Positions 1 to 14,223 of a DNA stretch of 64,000 bases are shown one piece after another. The notes below the pieces were generated by a model. The model saw only the letters and a program-made list of their open reading frames with translations. It ran no database searches and was not told where the DNA came from. The stretch spans positions 78,370,970 to 78,434,969 of the forward strand of contig NC_068985.1 of assembly GCF_001194135.2 (NCBI RefSeq), given 5' to 3'. Every line of letters begins with the position of its first letter. Position 1 is the stretch's first letter. Source of the stretch: Octopus bimaculoides. Lineage: Eukaryota. Made by a program: the position numbers and the translations under genes.

Positions 1-71
1 ATTAGAACAGCAGGAGTCAACCACAAGCTATGGGAATAGAGCCCATATAGTAGTAGTAGTAGTAACAGTAC

Positions 72-109
<38 letters not shown>

Positions 110-1054
110 GACCGAAGCTTTGTGATTGAATTTGGTAGGCGGAAGTTACTGCCGTGTGTGTATATGTCTGTGTATGTGCTTGTGCCTCTCTCCCAGAGAG
201 TGAGAGGGGGATATATATATATATATAGATATATATATATATATACAACAAGCTTCCACATAATTTCCATGTATCAAACTTATTCACAAGGAATATGTCA
301 GTCCAGAGCCACAGTAGAAGGCTCTTGTTCAAAGTACCCTAGAGTGGGACTGAACCTTAACCACACAGCTATGCCATTGCCAATCATCCTTCCTATCACT
401 GACCGCTCAGCTTCAAGTCAGGCAACTGGGGCTATTAAATGCAATATGCTTCAATCAATTCCAGTAGTTAAGTTAGAACTCCTAACCATGTCCTCTGTGG
501 TAAAACCTCTTTCATCTCACAGTTGTTAACCCTTTAGGGTTCAGATTAATCTGTTAAATGTAATACTTTTTTCACTCAAATTGTTTTGAATTAATCATAT
601 ATTATCTTACAGCTTTGAAGTTTCGACGGTGTGATAGTTTATTCTTAGACTGTCAATGTAGGTTAGGTGTGAGAGGCTGGATATGGCCAGTTTGAATGTA
701 AATCATGTAGGATATTTGGGCCGGATATGGCCAGCTTAAACAGTAAAAAGCATTTTCTTTTTTGTTTTTAAGATTGTCTGGCAGCATTTTTACATAAAAC
801 TGTAATCATTTTTGTTTATCATTGTCATCTTCCTTCCTTAACTTTCAAGATTTATTAGAGCAAATTTCAAAAGTGTGTTCATGTAGTAACTATAATGTGC
901 CATATAGTAATTATAACATATCACACAGTAATTATGATATCCGTTATAATAATTATGTACTATGTTTTATGTAGTGACTGTAATATACCATGTATTGACT
1001 ATTCTGTACCACATTGGACTGTAATGTGCTAAGTGAGTAAATTTCTCACTGCAG

Positions 1055-1138
1055 ATCCTTGCTTGGAATCCTCCAACGTTTGTCAAAGAATTTGAAGACC
1101 TTTTACCTGCCATGATTACTCAGAGTACAGCACTTGAG
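1055..1138 (+). CDS. AP5Z1: AP5Z1 exon (ILAWNPPTFVKEFEDLLPAMITQSTALE)
   Basis: ctgcag|ATC...GAG|gtataa; 84 nt, phase 0-0. Confidence 0.9.
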
Positions 1139-4100
1139 GTATAACTCACTTTTGTTTGTTTGTTTATTTGTTTTATATGAAATGTTAATGTGGTTGAGGA
1201 TACTGTAAAATTGGGGATATTTATTCTGTTTTTGATACTGAATTTTTTTTATTTGCATACCAAAGTTAGATAAAGAAATCATCAAAATGATGTCATAAGC
1301 CAGAGTTGAATAATGGCTTCATTTCATATTTCCCCTAAAGCCACAATTGCCCTCATTCAACCTGCAGCAATTCTTTCAATTACAATTGATGGCAAAAAGA
1401 AAGTGTATATATAGGCACAGGAGTGGCTGTGTGGTAAGTAGCTTGCTTACCAACCACATGGTTCCAGGTTCAGTCCCACTGCGTGGCACCTTGGGCAAGT
1501 GTCTTCTACTATAGCCTCGGGCCAACCAAAGCCTTGTGAGTGGATTTGGTAGACGGAAACTGAAAGAAGCCTGTCGTATATATGTATATATATATGTATG
1601 TGTGTGTGTTTGTGTGTCTGTGTTTGTCCCCCTAGCATTGCTTGACAACCGATGCTGGTGTGTTTATGTCCCCGTCACTTAGCGGTTCGGCAAAAGAGAC
1701 CGATAGAATAAGTACTAGGCTTACAAAGAATAAGTCCCGGGGTCGATTTGCTCGACTAAAGGCGGTGCTCCAGCATGGCTGCAGTCAAATGACTGAAACA
1801 AATAAAAGAGTAAAGAGTATATAATTGATGGCAAAAAAAAAATGTTTTAATTAAAAATAAAACAAGCTGTTTCTGTAGTTTTGCATGATAATGGTTTTAT
1901 ATTCTATTGACTTAGACTCAGAAGATATATGTAACATTTGTCCAATGTAGAATGTACAACATGAATATATTTTCCCAATCTGTTTGCTCTTATATGTTCT
2001 TATTACATCCTGATGTTTGTTTCCAGGTATTCCACCGTCTTTTAGAGCTTCCATGTTTGACAGCGCTTCTTGAAGCAAGTGAGAAATTGAAGAAGGGTGA
2101 TGTAAACAGCATTGAACCCGACTCTTCTGTCCAGGCTTTACAGAAATCTGCCTACAACCCTTTATTTAATTTCATCATGAGTCCAGACAGTGGCCATGGG
2201 GACACAATCAACAGGTAAATAAAAATTCACCTGCCTGTTGAGACTAGGATCCTTTTCAACGATGACTAACCATTGACAATTTTGACCTCTACCATGGGTA
2301 CAAGACCTTGAATTTGGTGGGGATCTATAATCACAAGCTGGCAGAATTGTTAGCATGCCAGACAAAATGCTAACCATCATTTCATCTGTCTGCATGTTCT
2401 GAGTTCAAATTACATCAAGGTTGACTTTGTCTTTCAACCTTTTAGGGTTGATGAAATAAGTACCTGTTAAACACTGGGATTCAATATAATCAACTAGATC
2501 CCTCCCACCAAAATTTCATCCTTTGTGCCTATAGCAGAAAGGAATATTATCAATCTATTACATAATTGGTGCTTTATTTTATGTACTCTGAAAGTTGATC
2601 TTAATAGAATTTGAACTCAAAATGTAATCTAAATATAACTAGGCATTTTTTCTGATACTCTAACCCAGTGTTTCCCAACCTATTTTCTCCCAGGCCCCAC
2701 TATAATTTTCCAGAAAAATGTATGCCCCACCAGTGGCATATGTAAAAAGATTAATAATTTATTGACTTCTAGTAATTATATACTTTCATTAAAGACATAT
2801 TCACACTAGGGTATTAGAATAGCACTATACTGTCTTTACACAGTATGCTTGGCTGGAGTGATTGGTTTGGCTAGGCTGAGTATAGGATGTAGTTTGTTTG
2901 CTGGGTAAAAACGATTTTCACAATTCCATGTCCCACTTAAAAAAAAAAAGAAAAAATTTTGGGCTTTCAGGCTCTACTGGTGGGGTGCATGCCCCATGTC
3001 GGAAATCACTGCTCTAACTATTCTGTGAATTAACTGGAAAGTATTATTGAAACTTAGTGGATGAGGTAGTTAAGGTTGTTGACTTTAATTGTTGACTAAC
3101 TTTGCAATAACTTATTGTCTGCCATACTTGTGTTTGGTATAGTTCACTGCTTGGTTGGGATATTATCTCAATTGCATACTTTCTCATTGATATGTTGTGC
3201 TTTCAAGATATGGTAGCCCATTCAAGTTAGGAGCTGTGCTCCACATCCCATAGTAAGAGTGTGAAACACATTACTTTTGAATTTCCGAACATAGCATTTG
3301 TATCTGAATCAGTAATGTGAACTGGGTTACAAAGAAGTGTGTGGTTGCCACATGAGAAGGTACAGCATGTACTTTCCACATGAGAAGATACTGTGTTGTT
3401 GCCACATGGGTAAGACAATGTATCAGTGCCACATGGGAAAATACAGTGCATGATGGTCATATAGGAAGGTGCAGCATATATTTTCTACTTAGGAAAATTC
3501 TGTGCAGTGGCCATGTGGAAAAACATCATAATTATCATACAGGAAGATGCAGAGTGTATTTGCCACATGGGAAGCCTCTGTAATTGCCTCATGGGCAATG
3601 CAGTGTGAAGATGCCACATGGAAAAAAAATGTATAATTGCCCCTCAGGAAGGTACAGTGTGTATTTGCAACATGGAATTCCTCGTGGGAAATGCACTATG
3701 TATAGATGTCACATTGGGAGACATTGTAGGGTGTGCTGAAAAGTTCCTGGTTTTGAGGGTATTGTGAAAGGCCTGGTTGTGGAGGCCCAACATTCTGAGT
3801 TTTTTTACAGGGCTTGGAAAAACTGAAGGACCACTGCAGTAAGTGTGTGAATCTCAGAGGAGAATGTGTTGAATAAAATCATAACTAACTGATCCTTCTG
3901 TATGTCCTTTTACCCACAGCCAGGAACTTTTCAGCAACACCTCATATAATTGTTGCATAGGAAGGCACAGTATGTATTTGCTACATGAGAAGACACAGTG
4001 TATGGTTGTTGTCAAGCAGAAAGACATACACGATTAGAATGTAGTTGTTAATTGATAGACGAAGAGAGAGAAAGAGAGAGAGTGTATATACAGGGTGTGA

Positions 4101-7100
4101 TGGGTAAATCGTCACCATTTTATACTTTTAATTTCCAGCATGCACATTGTTTGTTTTGTTTTGTTGTCTACACAGTATAGTAGAGTCAGTCAGGAACTGT
4201 CTGTGAGAAAAACAGCACCCTGATGCAATTCACTCTGCCAGAAATTTGTAAACAACATGCTGTACTGCTTGGCATTCACACCAGAGGCTCCAATACAAAC
4301 ATTTCAGAGTGTTTGGTGTCAATCTGAGGACAGTGCAGAGGATTTGGAAAGAGTTGGATGAGTCTAATGGTGACTACAATGGTACAGCAGCTCAGAAAAC
4401 TCACTCTGATTGTTTTGATAAGAAAAGAACTACTGAATTTGTTGGTAAGATCCAGACCATGATTGACAATGATCTCTCTAAGTCAATCAGGTCCATCAGC
4501 AGAGACATGGAAGTGTCTGAGTTTCTTATCAGGCAAGTAGTACATGAAGACATTTGGTATTTCTCATACAAGATGAGAGATGGCCAATTTTTATCCTAAG
4601 CCATCAAGGACAAGAGGAAAGACCATGCTACGAAGCTTTTGAACAAACTCAAGCATCCCCTCCAACTGAACATGCTTTGGTTTTTCCCAAATGAGAAAAC
4701 TTTCTGCCAGTGTCAGATGGTGAACACACAGAACAACCATTGGCTTGCTGTGTCCCCAAAACATGTACCAAGAGTGATAAAAATCAAACATCCAGTCAAC
4801 ATCATGGTGTTTGGAGTGATCACTAGTGATGGCGACATTATGCCTTCATTCATCTCAGTCTATATTCAGCTATAAATAGTCTCAACACAGAGGCTTACAT
4901 CAAGTGCCTGGAGGAGGTAGTGCTGCCCTGGGTCAAGATGGTAGCTGCTGGAAGACCTTATGTCTAACAACAGGACTTTGCACCATGCCACACAAGCAGG
5001 AGAACTCAGCCATGGCTGTGAGACAATTACTGTGACCACATCACTCCTAACATCTGGCCACCTAACTCCCCAGATGGCAACCCCCTTGATTATTATGTGT
5101 GGGGTGCAGTTGAGCAAGAGGCCAACAAAACTCTTTGTAACACCAAAGATAAACTAAAGGCAAGGATTACGGAGGCATTCACCAACTTAAACAAAGAGAC
5201 CATCCAGAAGAGTTGCAGGAGATTCCAAAGTCGTCTGGAGGCCATGGTTGAAGCCAATGGCGATTTTATTGAATAAATTTACACTTTAGTATTTCAAGAT
5301 ATTTTTATGTAATTTTGGAAAATATATGTTAAAATGAGATGGCAGTGTTATTTTCTTCCATTTTTGGATTTGGTTTGCAAGATTCTTTATGTGAGTTCAT
5401 GTGTTGAAGCATATTCTGTTGTGTCTGCAGAGAGTCATTCTCTTTTAGTGCTTTATAATTTAACACACTCACTGGTAAAGTTTCCTCTCATTTACTTATT
5501 TATTTTTCTAAAATTTTCGTTGCGTCTTGTAACCTTTTCAATAGTTGTTGACTCTGTCCATTATCCGAGCTATGTTCTTTTTGTTTGTTTATGTGTATGG
5601 GTCAGTGTGTGTGCACATACACATGTATGTATGTATGCATGCATGTAAGTGTGTGTATGCATGTATGTGTGTGTGTATATTGTGTGTATGTTTGTATATA
5701 TTTATTCTGCATATTCATGTGTTGGTATGTTTTTATGTGTGTGTGTGTGTNNNNNNNNNNNNNNNNNNNNNNNNNNNNNNNNNNNNNNNNNNNNNNNNNN
5801 NNNNNNNNNNNNNNNNNNNNNNNNNNNNNNNNNNNNNNNNNNNNNNNNNNNNNNNNNNNNNNNNNNNNNNNNNNNNNNNNNNNNNNNNNNNNNNNNNNNN
5901 NNNNNNNNNNNNNNNNNNNNNNNNNNNNNNNNNNNNNNNNNNNNNNNNNNNNNNNNNNNNNNNNNNNNNNNNNNNNNNNNNNNNNNNNNNNNNNNNNNNN
6001 NNNNNNNNNNNNNNNNNNNNNNNNNNNNNNNNNNNNNNNNNNNNNNNNNNNNNNNNNNNNNNNNNNNNNNNNNNNNNNNNNNNNNNNNNNNNNNNNNNNN
6101 NNNNNNNNNNNNNNNNNNNNNNNNNNNNNNNNNNNNNNNNNNNNNNNNNNNNNNNNNNTCTCATTTACTTATTTATTTTTCTAAAATTTTCGTTGCGTCT
6201 TGTAACCTTTTCAATAGTTGTTGACTCTGTCCATTATCCGAGCTATGTTCTTTTTGTTTGTTTATGTGTATGGGTCAGTGTGTGTGCACATACACATGTA
6301 TGTATGTATGCATGCATGTAAGTGTGTGTATGCATGTATGTGTGTGTGTATATTGTGTGTATGTTTGTATATATTTATTCTGCATATTCATGTGTTGGTA
6401 TGTTTTTATGTGTGTGTGTGTGTGTACATGTCTGAGTGTGTGTGTGTGAGTTTTTGTGACTGTCTATGTATGGATGTGCATCTCCATGTGTGTGTGTGTA
6501 TGTGTGTCTCCATATGTATCCTTGTGCGAAGTGAAGTGTGTGTGTGTGTATATGGTCATGTGTTTCAGTCTTCATTTGAGTCTGTGTGTATATGTGTGCT
6601 TGTCTGTTCATATTACCTATGTACCTATCCATGTGTATGTCTATCTGTTTGCTTTCATATCTATTTGCTTCCATACATATACATATACATACATCTACAT
6701 AACAGCCCACTAACTATTCTACCTGTATATAAATGTAAACTTTGTGTATGGGGGTATTGTGTATATTTCCTAATTAGTACAGGAGATGTTTCATTTATGA
6801 GGACATACTCCTGTATTTGTCTGAGTGTTGGGTCCTTTGGGTTCTTGGATAAAATTCGGATGTCAAGTTAACCCAGGTTGCTTCCATGTTGATCCTTGAC
6901 ATGTTGGTAGAGTATGGAGTACTGTTCTTTGTCGTCATATTGTCTCAAATGGTCATTTAGTTTTTTCCGCAATGCTCCTTGATGTCTCCACTATGTATGT
7001 CATGTTTAGGTCTTTACAAGCACCTTCTATGCATCTTATGCTGTAGACTACATTTTTCTGCAGTTAACGCCATGGCTAATCCTACATACCATGAAGTTAT

Positions 7101-10100
7101 TATTGGTGCATATAGTATTCTCAAAGGGGTTCATTCTACATAGTTGTGATCTGATGAAGTTCCCTGGCTTTTCAACTATCTTTGTTGAGTTTGGTCTCCT
7201 TCAGAGCCTTCCTAAATCTACGGGCTAGTTCTCCATGGGCTGTGGCCTCTACAAACATCACTCCTTGATATTTGTCGGTTTTATACCACATGTTCACCCT
7301 GTTTGCTTTGTCACAAGCTCTTTGTATCCTATTCCAGTCTTTGCTTCTATATCTAGGACAGGTACCACTGGTTTCATTACATATAATGTTATCTAATTTC
7401 TTTCTAGTGCCCCTGTATACTCGAACCCTATCTTTCTGATCATATCCAGAGAATTGCATACGGTGCATGAAGTTCTGTAAATGTTTCTTCATTACATAGT
7501 GGGGACACTTTGTTCATTATCTTAAGTCTACTATCATTATGTTAATTTTCATGCCGTGTGACAAAGCTGAGTTCTTGTGAACAACACATTTCGAAGCTAT
7601 GGGTTTCATGTAATAGGAGTGGAGGAGCTGCACTCTGTTCACAGTCTCTAACCAAAGTTCAGTATCAAGGATGGGGAGTCTATTGTTAGGGTACCTAGTG
7701 GGGTAATTTATGGTTACCTTGATACTTTGGTGGATGGAGTTAGCTACTTGCTAGATGCTCTCCATTATGTTCCTCTCAGTTTCTACATTACCATCACTAG
7801 AGTTGGTCTTATCAATGTCATCTACATACCTACTGTAAAGTAGAAGAGTTGTGGACTGTTCTGCTAAGGATTGCTTAAGTTTTCTGTCTCATCAGGTCAT
7901 CATGTGCTCACACACTGACCCAAACATTTACGCACAAACAAACAAAAAGAATGCAGCTCAGATAATGGACAGTCAACAACTATTGAAAAGATTGCAAAAC
8001 TCAACAAAAATTTTAGAAAACTAAATAAGTGAATGAGTGGAAACTTTACCAGTGTGTGTGTTAAATTATAAGGCACTAAAAGAGAATAACTTTCCCCAGA
8101 CACAACAGAGTGTTATTTTCATTTTTGCATAATTTAGACAACAATTTATTCACCACACCTTGTATGTCAACTTGGCCGAAGATATGATTACTTGTGTGTG
8201 TCTGTAGTTTGATAATTCTGTTTTCACCATTTACATGTGTAACTATTACATGCTGCTGTTACCAGTTTTTTTTTTGCCTCTTGTATTTTATCAGACTTGA
8301 TGAGCTGTATGAGGTCTTACATGATATGAGGGACCACCCACGTGTGATTAACTGTGCTGAGGTTTTACCTAAATTATTAAGGTGAGCATATCTCATTTAC
8401 TAACTTAATGTTTCATAGCAACAGTCTACTGTCCCTGCCACTATATGATTAGCTACATTTATGTAATTGTATACACTTGTGCACACTCACACACATACAC
8501 TTAGACTAATTATGATACCTCCTGTAGAGTACATATATGCCTTATTACAGAGTGTATTATATTTATATAATATATTATATTTGTATATCAGGCATGGCTA
8601 TGTGGTTAAGAAATTTTCTTCCCAACCACATAGTTTCAGGTTCAATCCTACTGTATGGTACCTTGGGCAAGTGTCTTCTACTATTGACCCAAGCTAACCA
8701 AAGCCTAGTAAATGGACTTGTGAGACAAAAACTGTATGGAAGCCCATTGTGTGTGTGTGTCTCCTTGTCTTGACATCACATGATAGTTGCAGATGACTGT
8801 CACTATCATACAAGCAGTGATATTTATTTCCAATACTCTGCAAAAAATTTGTCTGGCTATAGGGAAATATTACCTTGCTTGGAAACAGGTGAGGGTTGGT
8901 GACAGGAAGAGCATCCAGACATAGGAAACTTGCCTTAATAAAGTCCATCTGACCCATGCAAGCATGGAAAAGTAGATGTTTAAAACAATTATGATTATAA
9001 TATGTGCATATGCATACACATACACACACACATTTATCAACAATCCAATTCCTTGGTGAATTCTTGGTGCAGCATTGATCGAGGAATTGGATCATTGGTA
9101 AATAATTGGAATTGAAAATTACCTAACAACAGTATCCAGTCAGTATAATTGACACTGATTGATGATGATGGATTATTTCACTGTCTGCTCTCTGTGATTC
9201 TATCTAGCCAGTTGGTGGCATCTTACATATTGATGTGCCTTGATTCTTAATGAATCTGTCAAACTAACATATAGATTGAGACATTGCTGTACTCAAGAAG
9301 ACCTGCCCACCACAACAGAATTGAGATCCTAAAACCAAGGTACCACTCAAAAAGCATTAGTGTGGGTGCTAGTGTCGCATAAAAAACATTGGTGCTGGTG
9401 CCACATAAAAAAGCACTGATGATGATGCCATGTAAAAAGTACCCTGTACACCCTGTAAAGTAATTGGCATTAGGAAGGGCATCCAGCCATAGAAACCAAA
9501 CCAAAATAGACTATGGAACCTGGTGCAACCCCTGGTCTTGCCAGTTCCTGCCAAGCCATCCAACCCATGCCAGCATATTAAATGATGATGATGAGATATA
9601 TATAGATATACATACATACACACACTAATGATTTACATTTATTGTTTTTGTATTGATTATGATAATTTTTACTATTAATATCAGCACTGCCTTTACTATT
9701 ACCATATAACAACACTACTGCACCCATCTCTGCACATGAGCACCATCACCATACACCAACACTGCTACCACTATCACTGTACATTACCACTACTCCACCA
9801 CCACCACCACCTCCAAAACAACAGTAATTTTCATCACTGTAACCATGACTACCTTCATACATCAAGAGCAGCTAAATCTCCCTTAAGTCACACCCTTCCA
9901 TCACAAATACAGATGGCTCAGTTGGAGATACACTGGGAAGAAAAGACATGGAGAGAGTCATGGCTGGAATGTCTTTGATTACATAGCAACAGCACACTTT
10001 TATGTATCAACTACATATCACCACCCCTTCATTCTCACCACCACCAGTATCAATGCTATCATCATCATCACCACCACCACTACCACCATCACCACCATTC

Positions 10101-11493
10101 TCATAACACCCTGTTTCTTTATTCTATTACAGTGTGTATTTTTCTGTGATTCTGGAAGACAGCAGCGAAGAGTTTACATCCTGTTTGGTATCAGTCCTTT
10201 TAGAGAGGGTCTCATTGCTCTACGATGTTCCTGGATACAAGAGAAATGTCAGGAAGTAAGAAAATTTCATTGCTTACCTTTCTGTTTTCAATGTTCTCTT
10301 TCTGTTTTGAGAATGAGGAGCCTGAGGAAAAGTTTGGATCCAAGGTGAAAGCTGGAGGTAGGTCTGGGAGAAAGCATGAGAGGAAAAGAACTGGCCGCAA
10401 GGCTGGCTGGAAGAGTTAGAGGCAGGACTGGTTGGAAATTATTGGAGGAAACAGCTGAAGGTAGAGCTGAGTGCATAAGCTGGCGGCATGAACTGGTTGA
10501 AAGTAGTAGAGAAAAAACTGGAGGCATGGGCTGGTGGAAAGTACTAGAGGCAAAAGCTGGAGTTCAGACTGAGCGCAGAAGCTGGAGGTATAAACTGGTA
10601 GAAATTACTGAAGGGAACAGCTGAAGGTATGACTGGAGGCAGGGCTCCTAGAAAGCAATGGAGATAAAGCCTGCAAGTAGAGTTGAGTGCAGGAACTGGA
10701 GGCAGAGCTGCTAAAAAGTACTGGAGGAAAAGAGAGCAGGCTGGGCTGGTGGAAGTAGGTGGGTGAAGACTGCTGAAAAGTTTGGTAGAAGATGATTGAA
10801 ACAAGTGTTATGGTGGAGTGCAGAAATGACTGCTGGAGGATGTGGTGCCAACTGAGGATGGATAAAAAGGATTGGCAGTAGAGCTGGTTGAAAGGGGCTC
10901 AAAGAAATACAGAAAGGATCAGGCAGGAAGGTTACTGGAAGAGGCTAGGAGCAGAGCTGATAGAAGACAGAAATCTGGCTGAACAGAAAGATTGAAGGCA
11001 GAGTTGGTAGAAGAGTTATTATACATATGGTATCTTCCTACGATTGTGTGTGTGTGTTTGCAGAAATTTGTTAAATTCATGTTTGTCAGCATTTTTTATC
11101 TAGAATCATGTTCTGGAGAAATCAACTTTACCAATAACTGACTTGGTTCACTGATTATTATTGACCAGTTTTCACCTCTCACTTGCAGTCTTTTAAATAT
11201 CCTCAGAGAGAGAGAGTGTGTGTGTGTGAGTGATTACTTGGTATCTGGGCATTTAGCCACTAGATGTATGCGTGTTTGGTCACAAGACATAAGAATGTTT
11301 GACCACCGGCTACACCTACATTATTTATTGTTATATTTCAGATTGTTTGCTGACTACATAGTGAAGCTGCTAAAACTTTATCCTTATATTGTCATCAAGC
11401 AGAGAGGAGAAATTATTGATTACCTCATCAATACACACAATATGAAGGATGACAGATTCTTTATGCATCTGGTATAACAACTTTATTGTAATC

Positions 11494-11530
<37 letters not shown>

Positions 11531-14178
11531 ACACATATACGAACACAAACATATAATCTTACCATACTATATTGACACTCCATCAGTTACAACAAGGGTT
11601 CCAGTTGATCCAATCAACAGAACAGCCTGCTCGTGAAATTAACAGACATACATATCCTTAATGTAGTTCTCAGGGAAATTCATTATGACACAGAGTGTAA
11701 CAAGGTTTGTCCTTTCAAATACAGGTACAACTCATTTTTGCCAACTGTGTGAACTGGAACAATATGACATAAGGTGTCTTGCTCAAGGACACAACTCGCT
11801 GCCAGGAATCGAACTCATAACCTTATAACCATCAGCTAAATACCCTAACCACTGAGCCATGTGCTTTTGATCTAGTGTAACAATGTTGTAACGTGTGTGT
11901 GTGTATATATATATAGAATAATAATAAATGGAGCAAAACACATATAATCAATAAGTTCCTTTAATTCCTACATATGTTTCAAAAATTATATGCACTCTAT
12001 TCCAAAGAAGTAAGAGATGCTGGTATATACATATAATTTTATCATCAGGGAACCATAGTACAAATGCAAGATTTGTGCTGAATGCACAATATGGTTCCCT
12101 GATGATAAAATTATATGTATTATACCAGCATCTCTTACTTCTTTGGAATAGAGTGCATATAATTTTTGAAACATATGTAGGAATTAAAGGAACTTATTGA
12201 TTATATGCGTTTTGCTCCATTTATTATTATTCTTTATATCAACTCAAAATACATCACTTTAACATGGAATTTCTACCCCTTAACCGGGTATAATATCCCA
12301 GTTTTTGTGTGATTTTTGCTACCCTGGTAACTATTAACATATTTGCATTATCAAAATTTTTCAACCAAGATAATATTAATATATATATATGAGAAGTGCT
12401 GAAAATCAGTTAATTATGATTTTATTCAGCATGTTCATCTCTTAGATTCACACACTTATTACAGCAATCTTTCAGTTTTTCTAAGCCCTTTAAAAGCACT
12501 CAGAAGGTTGGGCACCCAGCCAGGTCTTTTTTGCAATACCCTTAAAGCTAGGAACTTTTCAGCACACACACACATACACATGTATGTATGTGCATACATA
12601 CATAAAGAAATGTATGTATGATAACACAGGCAGCATTTCTTCTTTCCACCAGTCATCAAGCCTTGAAAAAGAGCACAAGTGCTGCCCTTTTTTCAAAATA
12701 AACCATATTAAAAAAGACTCTGAAGAACAGCATGAAGACACTATTCTTTAAAACATATATCAGGCTTATTTAAAAACCTTGCTCATTAAAAAAATCACTT
12801 TCACTCATTAAATATACCATGTTCATTAAATACCTTTGTTCATTAAAACATTCCTTATTCGTTGAACACACCTTGTTCATTAAAATGCACCTTGATCATG
12901 AAACCACACCTATGTTCATTAAACTACACTTCAACCATGTAAATACACTTTTGTTCATTAAAATACAACTTGTTCATAAAATCTGTTTCCATTATTTGTT
13001 GAATTATATTCTCTTGTAAACTCATCATTATTAGTTTAACAACATGAAATTATTGTAGCTATCAACATCATCACCCATGGTATGGATTAGAAGGTTTGAC
13101 TTGAGAGGTTAAGCTGGAGTGTTGTACCAGGCTCCAGTCTGTTTTGGCTTGGTTTCTACAGCTGGGTACCCTTCCTAATGCCAACCACTCCACAGAGTGT
13201 ACTGGATGCCTTTCATGTGTCCCCAGCACGGGTTCCTTTTACATGTCACCAGCTTGGATATCCTTTATGTATCACCAGCACGGGTGCCTTTTGCCTGTTA
13301 CTAGCACAGGTACCTTTTACATGTCACCAGCATGGGTGAATTTTATGTGTCACTGGCACAAAATGCCTTTTACATATCTGCAGTACAGGTGCCTCTTACA
13401 TGTCAGTGGCATGGGTGCCTTTCATGCGTCACTGACACTCCACAGCCACGGTTACACTTAGCTTGACATGTCTTCTCAAGCACAGCAACTCACCAGAAGT
13501 CTCAGTCATTTGTCATCGCCTAAGTGAAACTCAACCACTGTTATTGTCATTCTTGAAATCATTGTTGTCCACCACCATTGCCTCTACTGTTATTGCTGTT
13601 GCCATTTTTGTTATCAGAATATTCTTGAATTATTGGTCAGGTTTGGAGTGTTGGAGAGTTCTGCAGCTGTAGTCTGGATAACAACTGTTCTGCTAAAATC
13701 ATATCAAAGTACTATGAAGTTCTAGAGACACTGATGTATGAGTGGTCCAGTACCACATTGACATTAACCACAGATGAAGAATTCCCACCACGTCTCATGT
13801 CCATTCTTATGTCGGCCACAGCAAAGGTTTGTTTCTTTCTTTCTTTCCTTCCTTCTTTCCTTCCTTTTCCTTACTCACTGCTTTTCTCAAGACTATGTCA
13901 AAAGTATTTACTTCAGGCACCAGGCATGGCTGTGTGGTAAGAAGCTTGCTTCCCAACCACCACATGGTTCCAGGTTCAGTCCCACTGCTGCGTGGCACCT
14001 TGGGCAAGAGTTTTCTACTAAAAGTTCAGGCCAGCCAACACTTTGTGAGTGGATTTGGTAACATGGAAACTGAAAGAAGCCTGTCTTTCAGCACTTAGCT
14101 TTAAACCTAGAGCTTATTCTTTTACAAACCAACACTGGTTGTCAAGTGGTGTTGTAGTCAAATACACACACACGCACA

Positions 14179-14223
<45 letters not shown>

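Noticed and set aside
5486-6423. Apparent 265-bp tandem duplication
   Set aside because: Identical copies directly flank an N gap, so this is most likely an unmerged contig overlap.
7880-7900. CTGATGA...GAAA on the - strand resembling a hammerhead core
   Set aside because: There is no room for stem II, and the sequence is in frame with the PLE RT (decayed WWDRKLKQ...RYVDD).
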